A program made the position numbers and the translations under genes. From positions 1 to 64,000 of the forward strand of contig JBFRWD010000078.1 in the NCBI GenBank assembly GCA_051439425.1: a stretch of DNA of 64,000 nucleotides, written 5' to 3'. This document shows, piece after piece, positions 9,634 through 21,042 of this stretch; positions within the stretch are counted from its first letter, which is position 1; each line of letters starts with the position of its first letter. The notes beneath the pieces are model-generated. The model was not told the origin of the DNA. It saw only the letters and a program-made list of their open reading frames with translations, and did not search any database. Source of the DNA: Synechococcus sp. (GTDB taxonomy: Bacteria > Cyanobacteriota > Cyanobacteriia > Thermostichales > PCC-7336).

Positions 9634-10890
9634 TCAATCCCCAAAAACGCGATCGATTGTGTTGATAATCCCGAATACAGGAACAACAGGCTCAATGGGT
9701 GAAACAATCGCTGTTAAGCCATCATTGAATGTGGCCAGACCAGACTTGCCAACAATCAAAATATCGTTGTCTTGTAGGGTGGGGTTGGACTCATTATTGA
9801 CGTCCGCCGACAGATCGACAGGGACCTCTTGGCGTAAAACCGTGCCATTGGGATTGAGGCGAATTAGCCCAACCTGATTGGTGTTAGCACGGGGCCGCAG
9901 GAAATCCCCCGCTACAAAAATCGCCTGGTTCAGAGGAGTATTAGCAGGTACTTGAACCGGACCTGGGGTGTTAACTTCACCAACAATAATGATGTCAATC
10001 GTTCCGGGAGACAGATTTGAAGAACTGAGCAAAAAGACCTCATCGTCTGGAATGTCTTCAGAAGCGGTCGGAATGAAGACTGTATCGCCGTCAAACACAA
10101 CCGGATCGGCGGACACCCCATCTCCTTGCATCAAAGACCAGAGGTCAACATCAATCAGCTCGTCTGGTCCATCGGTACTCGGGCGACGCAATTGGACATT
10201 ACGAACATCGGCCATCGTCGTAATCCCCCCCGCCCTCTGGATCATTGAGATCACAGTGGGAGCGCTAAGGGCCGGGTCATCATCTAGGGGAGCAAAAATA
10301 TGAGGACCAGGAGTAGACACTTCGCCAAGCACAGCAACACGCGGAGGACGTGCCGTGACCAAAATGACGTTAACGATAGGGTTGTTGAGAAACTCAGAGT
10401 ACTGAGTGGTCAGTAAGTCGGACGCTTCACGCAACGTCAGCCCTTGTAGAGACACACTACCAAGCAAGGAAAGGGAAACAGTTCCATCCGTCAAAACTTG
10501 CTGTTCGCCGCTGAACTCGGGCACGTTGAAGATATCAACTGCGACTCTGTCGCCAGGCCCCAATCGATACTGCCCTTCACTGGCCGTTGTTTGCACGTCC
10601 AAGCGGGGAATCGACGGATCTCTCGGTGTGGCAGGAGACGGTAAAGTGGGGGACGCCGTACCAGGCAGCAAGGGTGAGTCTTCATCCGATGCAGATGCTG
10701 GCGGCGCGCTTGGCAGGGATGGTGTCGTCGTCGGAAGCGAAGGTGTCTCCGTTGTCGTGGGTTCCGGAACGGGAGGTAATGACTCCTGAGCACCCGCAGA
10801 TAACGGCTGTGCGAAGGAGGCTGCCGTCATGAGGCAGGCCAAGGCTGTTGCCGAACGAAGTAGATTGAAGGGGTTTGATTGGATAGCCAT
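9634..10890 (-). CDS. Polysaccharide export protein (Wza/SLBB family)
   Basis: Signal peptide, Pro/Thr-rich linker, YRLGPGDRVAVDIFNVPEFSG (Poly_export) and SLBB repeats (VAVLGEVSTPG, IVGEVNTPG). Confidence 0.92.
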   Translation of the reverse strand: MAIQSNPFNLLRSATALACLMTAASFAQPLSAGAQESLPPVPEPTTTETPSLPTTTPSLPSAPPASASDEDSPLLPGTASPTLPSPATPRDPSIPRLDVQTTASEGQYRLGPGDRVAVDIFNVPEFSGEQQVLTDGTVSLSLLGSVSLQGLTLREASDLLTTQYSEFLNNPIVNVILVTARPPRVAVLGEVSTPGPHIFAPLDDDPALSAPTVISMIQRAGGITTMADVRNVQLRRPSTDGPDELIDVDLWSLMQGDGVSADPVVFDGDTVFIPTASEDIPDDEVFLLSSSNLSPGTIDIIIVGEVNTPGPVQVPANTPLNQAIFVAGDFLRPRANTNQVGLIRLNPNGTVLRQEVPVDLSADVNNESNPTLQDNDILIVGKSGLATFNDGLTAIVSPIEPVVPVFGIINTIDRVFGD

Positions 10891-11450
10891 GACCAAAGCT
10901 TCTGAACTAGTTACTGATGTTACAGCGTATTTTCGTTAGGGGTCAGACACGCATGTTAACCCCCTTTAACTTTTCTACAAACAAACTAGAGGGGAATTGC
11001 ACGAGCGGCAAGACTCCACTGTTCCCAACCGGGCAAAGCAGTGATAGAGACGGAATGTTTTTATTCGCGACAAGTATCATTACTGACGCATAGATGAAAG
11101 CTAGCGCATCACCATTTACTGGGAAACGTTACTTCTCGTCTGTTTACAACAGCCATGAGGTTGCTCTCAAGCAACTGTTATTACAGCCATTCGTGCTGCG
11201 ATGGGTTGTCGTCAATAGCCCATTAGCCACAGAGATCAATTCTGACAGCGTTAGCAGGGTGTCTCACGGTCGAGACCAAAGCACAGCATATATCCATCAA
11301 GATCAAGATCTGCGAACGAAGTTTGAATCGTTTTATCGAGCAGCGTTTTGCCCCGTATTTATAAAAAGCTAGATGCTCGCAAATTGGCTGGGAGCTGAAG
11401 TATGGTAGCGCCGACCGGGCAGAAGACTTGAAGCACTTAAGAAGGCTGGC

Positions 11451-12326
11451 TTATCGATCCGCATAAGCGCTGGGAGCTATGTCCTCGTAGGTAGCCCGTT
11501 CATTCCCAATTCGGATTTCATCGAGAAATAGCTTGCGCCTATCTACAGAAAAATCGGTTGCACCAGCTTCCTTCTGCTGATAGACCCCAGTTTTAAAGTA
11601 AGGAGCAATCAGATCTCTGTAGGTGTTAGGGCCTTCACGCTCAACAACAAGCTCGTCATCCTGCCAAAGCTCAAAGATCCCGGAGTCTCCTGCCGACCAT
11701 TTGACGTGAAAGACCCAATCAGTCCACTTGCCGCGCTCGTATTTGCCAAGGGAAAGCCGCTCGCTACCCCCTCTCGGTCCAACTTTGGCATTTATCCAAT
11801 CAGGATCCCAACGCCTTAGAAGCGACCATTCGTCTCCGCGGGTTGTCAGTGCCAATGGAGGCTGACGAAATTTTTCGCCCAAAAAGAAATCGGGAAAATC
11901 ATGCCACTGAACTACAAGATTAGATGCATCAGCCGTTTCGTAGTCTTCTGGAAGGTAAGTGCTGACGCTATACCATCGCTCAGTCCCTAACCCAAACAAG
12001 CCATATCGCTTAATTTCAGAACGAGCTCTTTGCTTCGTAAGGGGTAAATCGTCATAAGTCCACTCGAACGCAGCCGCCTGAGACCCATTTCGGGTGGGGG
12101 AAGACACAAACTGCAATGAGTGATCGCAACACAAGTCCTCTTGTGACCACTTGGATAAGCTTCCCGATTCAAAATCTTCCTCGACTAGGATCGGACCACT
12201 TTTCACAACATCAATCTGGTGCGTAAGGATGTCGTAATACTGTGTAACAACGAACAGTACAACTGCTACCAGAGCAAGCACAAGCACCTGGAATAGTCGC
12301 TTAAAAATAGTTGATTTCTTAGCCAT
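11451..12326 (-). CDS. Polysaccharide lyase-like protein (heparin lyase I / Polysacc_lyase fold) with an N-terminal membrane anchor
   Basis: RARSEI, ERWYSVSTYLP, LVVQWH, GKWTDWVFHVKWS, PYFKTGVY and LFLDEIRIG motifs typical of this jelly-roll family. Confidence 0.8.
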   Translation of the reverse strand: MAKKSTIFKRLFQVLVLALVAVVLFVVTQYYDILTHQIDVVKSGPILVEEDFESGSLSKWSQEDLCCDHSLQFVSSPTRNGSQAAAFEWTYDDLPLTKQRARSEIKRYGLFGLGTERWYSVSTYLPEDYETADASNLVVQWHDFPDFFLGEKFRQPPLALTTRGDEWSLLRRWDPDWINAKVGPRGGSERLSLGKYERGKWTDWVFHVKWSAGDSGIFELWQDDELVVEREGPNTYRDLIAPYFKTGVYQQKEAGATDFSVDRRKLFLDEIRIGNERATYEDIAPSAYADR

Positions 12327-12865
12327 TGTTAGTTCTGGAGAGAGGGGAAGAGCAAAAGCGCTGAGGATTCCTTAAGGTGCCCCAAAACAGGCCAAGGCTG
12401 AAGCGACCTTGGTCAATGGTGCTTGAAGCGGACTGCAAAAATCAAAGCAGCTGCACGAGCTTGAATCGTCAGCAAAGACACATGTCTGTCAAGCCTTAGC
12501 AGTCGCACACAATCCTATCGTTAGGTCTGTAGATTTTCTAAGTGTTAGTTGAATTGTCTTTGAAAAACTTACCAATAAGTACGGACATATCCACAGAATC
12601 AAGGATTGTTTCTGGCGTCACTTTAATATCGAGATCGCCGTCGGTTGCATATGGCACCGTTCAATCGGTTTCAAGAGAAGGGGGCGCGCGATCGCTTCTT
12701 CAGCCATCTCGATGGCCATCTCGCTCGGTCTCTTAATGAGCATGTGGCTCGATGGCGGGAATGAGCTCGCTTCATCCGAAGCATGAGGAGATTGAGTAGA
12801 GAGTCACTCCAACATCTAGATAGAATGTGATGTACTAAAAGATTTTATTTTTTGCATCCTTCCCC

Positions 12866-15800
12866 ATGACTCAATCTTTTCTAGAACGGCTGCAGGAACG
12901 CGTACTGGTATTCGATGGGGCTACCGGTACGTCTCTTCAAGCGCAGAATCTCACGGCTGAAGACTTTGGCGGGCCAGAGTTGGAAGGGTGCAACGAGTAT
13001 CTGGTGTTCTCAAAGCCTGAAGCGGTTGAGAAAGTCCACGTGGGATTTTTGGAAGCAGGAGCCGATGTAATCGAGACGGATACATTCGGCGGGACTTCGA
13101 TTGTGCTGGCGGAGTACGATATTGCCGATCGCGCCTACGCACTCAACAAAACGGCGGCTGAAATTGCAAAACGGACGGCTGCTCAATATTCCACTCCCGA
13201 TAAGCCGAGATATGTCGCAGGGTCGATGGGGCCGGGAACCAAGCTACCGACGTTGGGGCATATCGACTACGACACAATGGTGAGCGCTTACGTCGAGCAA
13301 GCGGAAGGATTGTACGACGGCGGTGTAGACCTGTTTATCGTCGAGACCTGCCAGGACGTACTGCAAATCAAGGCCGCACTGAACGGCATCGAGCAGGTGT
13401 TTGCCAAGAAGGGGCAGCGGTTGCCGCTGATGGTTTCCATCACGATGGAACAGCAGGGGACGATGTTGGTAGGCTCCGAGATTGGGGCAGCTCTGACAAT
13501 TTTGGAACCGTTCCCGATTGATGTGCTGGGCCTTAACTGCGCCACCGGCCCGGATTTGATGGTGGAACACATTCGCTATCTGTCCCAACATTCTCCGTTC
13601 CACATCTCCTGCATTCCAAATGCCGGGTTGCCCGAAAACGTCGGCGGCGAGGCATTTTATAAATTGACCCCGGACGATTTGCAGAAGTACCTGCACCGGT
13701 TTGTGGAAGAGTTTGGCGTTAGCGTAATTGGCGGATGCTGCGGCACCCGCCCCGATCACATCAAATCACTGGTAGACACAGTTAAGAATCTCAAGCCAGC
13801 TGCTCGTACCCCCGAACGCATTCCGGCTTCAGCCTCCATCTACAGCCCTCAGCCTTACGACCAAGACAATTCCTTCCTGATTATTGGGGAGCGTCTCAAT
13901 GCCAGCGGCTCGAAAAAATGCCGCACGCTGCTAAACGATGAGGACTGGAACGGTCTGATTTCTCTGGCCAAGAATCAGGTAAAGGAAGGGGCGCACGTTC
14001 TGGATGTAAACGTGGACTACGTGGGTCGTGATGGCGTCAAAGACATGCACGAACTGGCCTCGCGTTTGGTCACCAGTGTGACCTTGCCCCTGATGCTGGA
14101 TTCAACCGAGTGGGAAAAGATGGAGGCTGGCCTCAAGGTAGCGGGGGGTAAGTGTCTGCTTAACTCCACTAACTATGAGGATGGGGAAGAGCGTTTCTAC
14201 AAAGTACTGGAACTGGCCAAGATTTACGGTGCAGGCGTTGTAGTTGGCACGATTGACGAAGAAGGTATGGCGCGGACGGCTGAGAAGAAGTTCGAAATTG
14301 CCAAGCGAGCTTACGATGCGGCGATCGCCTACGGCCTCCCCCCCTACGAAGTGTTCTTCGATCCACTAGCGCTACCCATTTCCACCGGTATTGAAGAGGA
14401 TCGCCTCAACGGTAAGGCGACTGTGGATGCCATTCGCCAAATTCGCAACGAACTCCCCGGCTGTCACATCCTGTTGGGGATTTCGAACGTATCATTTGGC
14501 CTCAACCCAGCTGCCCGGATTGCCCTCAACTCGATGTTTTTGCATGAGACCCGAGAAGTGGGCCTCGATGCTGCCATTGTTAGTGCCAGCAAGATTCTCC
14601 CCTTGTCTCGCATCAAGGAAGAACACCAGAACGTTTGTCGCGAGCTAATTTACGACCAGCGCAAGTTTGATGGGGATGTCTGTACCTATGACCCCCTCAC
14701 AGAACTGACGACGATGTTTGAGGGGGTGTCGGCCAAGCGCGATCGTACAGTCGATGCCAACCTATCTCTGGAAGAGAAGCTCAAGCAGCACATCATTGAT
14801 GGTGAGCGGATTGGCCTGGACGATGTCCTAGCAGAGGCGCTGGACAAATACCCCCCGCTGTCGATCGTGAACGAATATTTGCTGGATGGAATGAAGGTGG
14901 TGGGAGAACTGTTTGGCTCCGGTCAAATGCAGTTACCCTTTGTGTTGCAGTCCGCAGAAACCATGAAGGCGGCAGTGGCTTATCTGGAGCCATACATGGA
15001 GAAGGTAGAGGGGTCTACGAAAGGAAAAGTCGCGATCGCCACGGTGAAAGGGGATGTGCATGACATCGGCAAAAACCTAGTGGACATTATTCTGACCAAT
15101 AACGGCTACACCGTTTACAACTTGGGCATCAAACAGCCAGTGGACAACATTATTGCAGCCTACGAAGAGCACCAAGTGGACTGCATTGCCATGAGCGGCT
15201 TGTTGGTTAAGTCCACGGCATTTATGAAAGAGAATTTATCCACCTTCAACGAAAAGGGCATTACCGTCCCCGTCATCTTGGGGGGAGCCGCATTGACCCG
15301 CAAGTTTGTGGAGAAGGACTGCCAGAATGCCTACAACGGTCGCGTGGTATACGGTCGCGACGCTTTCTCCGACTTGCATTTTATGGACAAGTTGATGGCG
15401 GCTAAGGGAGAGAAGAACTGGAACGACCTGCAGGGGTTCTTGGATGAAGAGCCGGTAGCGAATGGGGACAGCCACTCGATTAAGGTTGAAGAAACTGAAG
15501 TTCCAGAAAAGCCTACAGAACCAGAAGTTATCGACACTCGCCGTGCCGAAGAAATCGAGGCGGACATCGATCGCCCTCTGCCTCCGTTCTGGGGCTCAAA
15601 AATCCTGAGTGGTGCTGATATTCCGTGGGAAGAAGTGTTTGGCTATATCGACCGACAAGCGTTAATCGCCGGTCAATGGCAGATACGCAAGCCTCGCGAC
15701 CAATCAAAAGAAGAGTTCGAGCAGTTCCTGAAAACGGAAATTGAGCCGATTTTAGAGAATTGGAAGCGGCGCATTGTTGACGAGGATTTGTTGCATCCGA

Positions 15801-16438
15801 AAGTGGCTTACGGGTACTTTCCCTGTCAAGCGGAGGGCAACACGGTTAAGGTATACAACCCGGCTAGTCTCACGGGATTGACCTCTGATGGAGAGTCTGC
15901 CTTTGCGGGCGATCGTCCTAATCTCTCGGGTGACGAAATCGAAATTGCTGCGATTGAATTCCCGCGCCAAAAGACCGATCGCCGCCGCTGCATTGCAGAT
16001 TTCTATGCCCCTTTAGAGCAAGGAATAGTGGATGCATTCCCAATTCAGGCGGTGACTGTGGGAGAGGAGGCATCTATCCTCAGCCAGAAGCTGTTCTCTG
16101 AAGATAAGTACACCGACTATCTCTACTTTTATGGTCTAACCAATGCTTTGGCCGAAGCCTTGGCGGAATGGGCCCATGCTCGCATTCGCCGCGAGTTGGG
16201 ATTTAGTGCGGAAGATAGTGACGATATCCGTCGCATTCTCCACCAGAGCTATCGCGGTTCTCGCTATAGTTTTGGCTACCCAGCTTGCCCGAATATGGCC
16301 GACCAGCATCACCTGCTAAAGTTGCTGGACTGCGATCGCATCGGTCTGATTATGGATGAGAGCGAACAACTACATCCCGAGCAGTCCACCACTGCTTTAG
16401 TGGCTTATCACCCGAAAGCCAAGTACTTCAACACCTAA
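12866..16438 (+). CDS. metH: Cobalamin-dependent methionine synthase
   Basis: DGATGT, GGCCGT (Zn), pterin domain [14 protein letters not shown]12 motif [10 protein letters not shown], activation domain [10 protein letters not shown]. Confidence 0.98.
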   Translation: MTQSFLERLQERVLVFDGATGTSLQAQNLTAEDFGGPELEGCNEYLVFSKPEAVEKVHVGFLEAGADVIETDTFGGTSIVLAEYDIADRAYALNKTAAEIAKRTAAQYSTPDKPRYVAGSMGPGTKLPTLGHIDYDTMVSAYVEQAEGLYDGGVDLFIVETCQDVLQIKAALNGIEQVFAKKGQRLPLMVSITMEQQGTMLVGSEIGAALTILEPFPIDVLGLNCATGPDLMVEHIRYLSQHSPFHISCIPNAGLPENVGGEAFYKLTPDDLQKYLHRFVEEFGVSVIGGCCGTRPDHIKSLVDTVKNLKPAARTPERIPASASIYSPQPYDQDNSFLIIGERLNASGSKKCRTLLNDEDWNGLISLAKNQVKEGAHVLDVNVDYVGRDGVKDMHELASRLVTSVTLPLMLDSTEWEKMEAGLKVAGGKCLLNSTNYEDGEERFYKVLELAKIYGAGVVVGTIDEEGMARTAEKKFEIAKRAYDAAIAYGLPPYEVFFDPLALPISTGIEEDRLNGKATVDAIRQIRNELPGCHILLGISNVSFGLNPAARIALNSMFLHETREVGLDAAIVSASKILPLSRIKEEHQNVCRELIYDQRKFDGDVCTYDPLTELTTMFEGVSAKRDRTVDANLSLEEKLKQHIIDGERIGLDDVLAEALDKYPPLSIVNEYLLDGMKVVGELFGSGQMQLPFVLQSAETMKAAVAYLEPYMEKVEGSTKGKVAIATVKGDVHDIGKNLVDIILTNNGYTVYNLGIKQPVDNIIAAYEEHQVDCIAMSGLLVKSTAFMKENLSTFNEKGITVPVILGGAALTRKFVEKDCQNAYNGRVVYGRDAFSDLHFMDKLMAAKGEKNWNDLQGFLDEEPVANGDSHSIKVEETEVPEKPTEPEVIDTRRAEEIEADIDRPLPPFWGSKILSGADIPWEEVFGYIDRQALIAGQWQIRKPRDQSKEEFEQFLKTEIEPILENWKRRIVDEDLLHPKVAYGYFPCQAEGNTVKVYNPASLTGLTSDGESAFAGDRPNLSGDEIEIAAIEFPRQKTDRRRCIADFYAPLEQGIVDAFPIQAVTVGEEASILSQKLFSEDKYTDYLYFYGLTNALAEALAEWAHARIRRELGFSAEDSDDIRRILHQSYRGSRYSFGYPACPNMADQHHLLKLLDCDRIGLIMDESEQLHPEQSTTALVAYHPKAKYFNT

Positions 16439-16724
16439 CCCAGTCAAGCGAGCACGGATGTTATCGACAAAGTCACTCCCGCTTGTTTAGGTGCTAGGAC
16501 CTTGACATTCGTCAACTGTAGAGAACTAGCGTAACCATATCGAACGATGGAATTGGCACGTATGAGGACTTTTCCAGCTCTCAAGAAATGGGGATTAGGA
16601 ATAACGGCATAAGCTGCAGCTAGACAATGGGATCTCACCAGTATCGGAAGTGAGGATTCCTATTGCCCAAAAAGGGAAGAAAGGGCTTTCCCTGCAGGAG
16701 ATCCGAAGAACTCTATTCAACCAC

Positions 16725-16742
16725 TACAATGTGTCGTAGAAT
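16725..16742 (+). promoter_or_regulatory. Probable PetR (BlaI/CopY-family) box abutting the petE -10 element
   Basis: TACA-ATG-TGTC (16725-16735) fits the KACW-N3-WGTM consensus recalled for PetR. TAGAAT follows at 16737-16742. Confidence 0.6.
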
Positions 16743-16856
16743 AATTGCTGTGCAAGCCCGCATCGATGAACTGGGTTAACTAAGAACTTTTAGTTAATTG
16801 GTTTCATCGGTACTGACTCAGCACGAATTTAGTTTCGAGCCATTAAGAGAAACGTA

Positions 16857-17246
16857 ATGAAGTCCATGTTTTCCATCATTCGTCGCCTGGGCGCTATAGT
16901 TGCAGCCGTTGCACTGATTGCAGCCTCTTTCGCTCAGCCCGCATCCGCCGAGACCTTCACTGTAAAGATGGGGACTGACACCGGCATGTTGGCATTCGAA
17001 CCCAGCACCCTCACCATCAAATCTGGTGACACTGTGAAATGGGTTAACAATAAAGCATTCCCTCACAACGTTGTATTTGATGCTAGCGCTCCAGAGTCCG
17101 TACAAAAGCACTCTCACAAGCAGTTAGCTGCTGCTCCTGGCCAAGAATTTGTAGAAACGTTTGATGGTGTTGAGCCCGGAACCTACACTTACTACTGCGT
17201 TCCTCACCGTGGTGCTGGCATGGCAGGCAAACTCATCGTCGAGTAA
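16857..17246 (+). CDS. petE: Plastocyanin
   Basis: Signal peptide ending [10 protein letters not shown], and [11 protein letters not shown] carrying the type-1 copper ligands. Confidence 0.98.
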   Translation: MKSMFSIIRRLGAIVAAVALIAASFAQPASAETFTVKMGTDTGMLAFEPSTLTIKSGDTVKWVNNKAFPHNVVFDASAPESVQKHSHKQLAAAPGQEFVETFDGVEPGTYTYYCVPHRGAGMAGKLIVE

Positions 17247-17291
17247 ATCGCGTGCTAAGTAACACGTAGTCTACTGAATCATTCGAGTTTT

Positions 17292-17326
17292 GATTGGAAG
17301 GTGACATCGCCTTCCAATCTTTTTTT
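17292..17326 (+). terminator. petE intrinsic terminator
   Basis: GATTGGAAGG-tgacatcg-CCTTCCAATC followed by TTTTTTT. Confidence 0.85.
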
Positions 17327-17652
17327 GCAACAACTTCGAAGCCAACACTGCATCCCAGCATCCCTCGACCAGATAGCGTTTGGTAAAGAGTTTGGCAGGC
17401 GTCTCAATTCTCTATTGCCTCTCGAACGAAATCTCACTCCGCCACCACACTCCACAAGAAAGCATTCAGCACAACAACGTTCTCCACCCGCTTCCGGTGG
17501 GCTTAGACGTACAATGAAGGCGGTTTCCAAACTTGTTCGGGGGGACGCTTGAAGGGTTACAGGTGTTGAGTTTGGCATTTTTAATGCATAGCAGCTGCAC
17601 TCACCAGTTGCGAACGCTCGTCAGTAGGAACGCTGTTTTCTAAGGAAACATC

Positions 17653-18861
17653 ATGAGAGGTGGGCTCCGCCTGGGAAGCCTGTTTGGGATTCCCTTATAC
17701 ATCAACTACACGTGGTTTTTCATTGTGGGGCTGCTAACGCTGTCCTACGCAACCAATCTCACCCAAGAGAATGCTGAATGGACAGCACTTTCTGCCGCAG
17801 AAATTGGCCTAGCCACGTCCCTAGGTTTATTCGGCTCGGTATTAGTTCACGAATTAGCCCACAGCTTAGTGGCGAAATCGTTGGGCATTTCCGTCAAATC
17901 CATCACTCTGTTCATCTTTGGTGGCATGGCCACCATCGAGAAGGAAGCCGATCGGCCATGGGCGGCCTTTAAGATTGCGATCGCCGGCCCTCTGCTTAGC
18001 TTTAGTCTGTTTGCTGTACTGAGTGGAGTGCAACTCGCCCACTGGTTTCCTGAGGACTCGGGTATTGGCTTGTGGCTTTCCAGCGTGGCCTGGGCAAATC
18101 TCATCATTGCATCCTTCAACCTCATCCCCGGTCTCCCCCTAGATGGGGGACAGATTCTGAAAGCATTGATTTGGGCAAAAACCGGCAGTCGCCAGTCCGG
18201 CCTAAAGTGGGCAGCTCGCTCCGGACAATTTTTGGGCTGGGGGGCAATCGCCTGGGGATTGTGGCTGACCTTCTTGTACGGAATTTTCACCGGCATGTGG
18301 ATCGGTCTCATTGGCCTATTTATTCTCAACAGTGCCCGCCGCTACTCTCAGTACCTGCAGCTGGTACAGGTGCTGTCTTCCCTGACAGCTAAGGACGTCA
18401 TGGGCCGCAAGTTTCGCGTTGTGGATGCCGAAATGTCGCTGCGAGAATTTGCCGATCGCTATCTACTATTGGCAGATGACAGAGAAGTCTATTTCGCCGA
18501 TCGCGATGGTCGCTATCAAGGATTGGTGGAACAAGATCGCATGCGGGCAATCGAGCGCAGCCTCTGGGATAGCGAGAGTCTAACCGCTATCGTGACCCCC
18601 ATGGATCAACTAACTGGGGTAACGGAAGACTCGGTAATTCCCAAAGCGATTGACATTTTGAAGCAGGATCGCGTGCAGTGGATTCCCGTCTTTTCCCCCA
18701 CAGGAGCTGTCTCGGGGACTATCGATAAAGGAGACGTGGTTAAAAGTTTGGGCGAACGGCTAGGGATTAACATTCCTCCAGATTTGCTCCAGAAGGTACG
18801 AGAAACGAACGAATTCCCTGCAGGCTTCCCCATCGATCTTGATCCCGAGATATCTGAGTGA
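17653..18861 (+). CDS. Site-2 protease (M50) with CBS domains
   Basis: HELAH zinc motif, FNLIPGLPLDGG, transmembrane segments and C-terminal CBS pair. Confidence 0.95.
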   Translation: MRGGLRLGSLFGIPLYINYTWFFIVGLLTLSYATNLTQENAEWTALSAAEIGLATSLGLFGSVLVHELAHSLVAKSLGISVKSITLFIFGGMATIEKEADRPWAAFKIAIAGPLLSFSLFAVLSGVQLAHWFPEDSGIGLWLSSVAWANLIIASFNLIPGLPLDGGQILKALIWAKTGSRQSGLKWAARSGQFLGWGAIAWGLWLTFLYGIFTGMWIGLIGLFILNSARRYSQYLQLVQVLSSLTAKDVMGRKFRVVDAEMSLREFADRYLLLADDREVYFADRDGRYQGLVEQDRMRAIERSLWDSESLTAIVTPMDQLTGVTEDSVIPKAIDILKQDRVQWIPVFSPTGAVSGTIDKGDVVKSLGERLGINIPPDLLQKVRETNEFPAGFPIDLDPEISE

Positions 18862-19052
18862 TGCTCTAGGTGGTTCGTAGTGCTTTTGCTAAGACGGTCT
18901 CCGAGCCTTCTGTTACCCCAACGAGCATTACTATCCCGCTCCCAACGAATCTGCCCAATCGAGCCTACCGATAGAGGGCTGCATCTTTAAATGCTCCGAC
19001 CAGACACTAAATCTTGTTAGTACACTGGCCGTAGTTCTCTCCTGCAATACCA

Positions 19053-20951
19053 GTGGCACGCCGTTCTCGTCCGCCTCGCCTGCGCAACCGCTCTCGCCGA
19101 ACGTCTTCACGCCGTCGCTATACGCCAGCCCCTTCTAACCGGCAACTCAGGCAACGCTTACGGTTGGCAGGTTCTGTTTTTGCAATTGCCCTGGCGGCAG
19201 CTACGGTTCGACTCGTGCAGTTACAAGTTGCACAGCGACATCGCTGGCGCGAGCGAGCCGGAATACAACATCACCTCCCGGTCACCATTCCAAATTTTCG
19301 TCGCACTATTGTCGATCGCCATCCGGTGTCAAGCCCAGACTCAGAAATCTTGGCGATCGATCGACCGACATTCCAATTGTGGAGCCGTCCCAGCCTGTAC
19401 GTACAAGCAGACAACCAGCCCCGTCCGCAAGAGCTGCTAGCTGATGTACTTGCCCCCATCTTCGATACACCGTCCGACGAGGTATTAGAACTGCTGGAAC
19501 AGCCACAGTCAACCCTGTTGAGGCAGCGGTTGTCAGAAAGCGAAGCCAATCGAGTTCGGCGGGCAATCTACCGCGCGATGGGAGAGAGCGGGGTGAATTT
19601 GAGCGGGTGGGAACTGACCCCCACTCGCGAACGCTTGTATCCGCAGGGGGAAGAAGCTGCCGAGGTGGTGGGATATATCCAACTGGATTCCGAGCGCAGG
19701 GGACAGGCAGGGGTAGAGCTGGCATCGCAGGATTTGCTGGAGTTATCCCCCGAAGACGTCCTGTCTGTGACGGCTGACGGTCACGGGCAACCACTCGCAA
19801 ACGAAATGCCCTCCCATGCCCTGCAAACTGACGAGCAGGTACTGCAGCTTACGCTTGACATGCGCTTGCAGCGCGCCGCACGGGAAGCACTTCGTCAGGG
19901 AGTATCGGCCTTTAACGCCGAACGGGGGACAGCGATCGCCCTCGATCCGCACACCGGCGAAATTCTCGCCATGGCCAGCGAACCCACCTACGATCCCAAC
20001 CGATTCTACGAGTATTTAATTCGTGAAGAGGATTATCGACTATCTCGTAATTGGGCCGTCAGCGATCTCTACGAACCTGGCTCTACATTCAAGCCTCTAA
20101 CCGTAGCCCTAGCCCTGGAAAACGAGGCTATTTTGCCCGACACCTACGTTCACGATGTCGGCAGTCTGGTGGTGGGTGGGTGGCCCATTCACAACTATGA
20201 CTACTCCCCCTCGGTGCCCGAACCGGGATGGCTATCCATTAGCCAAGTTCTGCAGCGATCGAGCAACATCGGCATGATCCGAATTGTCGATTTGTTAGGA
20301 CGGGAAACCCTTCACAGCGGGTTACTTGATTTGGGGTTAAACGGTCGCAGTGGCGTCGATCTGCCGTTTGAACCCAACAGCTATATGAAGCGGCGCTTGC
20401 AATTTTTGCTGTCTCGGGTGGAAGCCGCTACCACCAGTTTTGGCCAAGGAATTGCCATGACACCGCTGCAGTTGGCCCAATTACATTCCATCATTGCCAA
20501 TGGCGGATATCGTGTGACGCCACACATAGTTAGAGGGCTGGTGGATTTAGATAGCAACGAGCTAGATGCTGTCTCGCGACCCGGCCGAGAACGGGTTCTC
20601 TCCCCAATTACCACTGAGATTGTGCGGGGAATGATGTTGGATGTCGTAGAAGCAGGGGCAGGCAGTCCGGCTGCAATTCCGGGGTATCAGATTGCAGGCA
20701 AAACCGGTACCGCGCAAAAGGCCGATCCGGAGGGTGGAGGCTACCTTCCCTCTTCCCACCAAATTACAAGTTTTGTGGGCTATTTCCCGGCTCTCAATCC
20801 TCAATACGTCATTTTGGTGGTAGTCGACAATCCGCAGGGGGACAACGTCTTTGGTTCGACCGTAGCTGCACCGATTGTTCGGGCCATTGTGGAAGAAATT
20901 GTGGCTGGAGATATGTTACGCCCGCAAACTCAAATTGCGACAAGTGAGTGA
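19053..20951 (+). CDS. ftsI: Class B penicillin-binding protein (FtsI/PBP3-like)
   Basis: N-terminal TM segment, YEPGSTFK (SxxK), SSN (SxN), GKTGTAQK (KTG). Confidence 0.85.
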   Translation: MARRSRPPRLRNRSRRTSSRRRYTPAPSNRQLRQRLRLAGSVFAIALAAATVRLVQLQVAQRHRWRERAGIQHHLPVTIPNFRRTIVDRHPVSSPDSEILAIDRPTFQLWSRPSLYVQADNQPRPQELLADVLAPIFDTPSDEVLELLEQPQSTLLRQRLSESEANRVRRAIYRAMGESGVNLSGWELTPTRERLYPQGEEAAEVVGYIQLDSERRGQAGVELASQDLLELSPEDVLSVTADGHGQPLANEMPSHALQTDEQVLQLTLDMRLQRAAREALRQGVSAFNAERGTAIALDPHTGEILAMASEPTYDPNRFYEYLIREEDYRLSRNWAVSDLYEPGSTFKPLTVALALENEAILPDTYVHDVGSLVVGGWPIHNYDYSPSVPEPGWLSISQVLQRSSNIGMIRIVDLLGRETLHSGLLDLGLNGRSGVDLPFEPNSYMKRRLQFLLSRVEAATTSFGQGIAMTPLQLAQLHSIIANGGYRVTPHIVRGLVDLDSNELDAVSRPGRERVLSPITTEIVRGMMLDVVEAGAGSPAAIPGYQIAGKTGTAQKADPEGGGYLPSSHQITSFVGYFPALNPQYVILVVVDNPQGDNVFGSTVAAPIVRAIVEEIVAGDMLRPQTQIATSE

Positions 20952-21042
20952 TCCTCTTGGCTACGGTTTCCGGTTTAGCCAATTTGCCTGAAACTCTCCA
21001 TTGACTCTCGATTGAACGGAATGGGTAGCCCCCGAAAGGGTG

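Noticed and set aside
12327..12865. Cobalamin or SAM riboswitch upstream of metH
   Set aside because: No B12-box or SAM-I core motifs were recognisable.
5417..16438. Inteins in polA or metH
   Set aside because: Lengths are ordinary, insertions are short low-complexity linkers, and no splicing motifs were seen.
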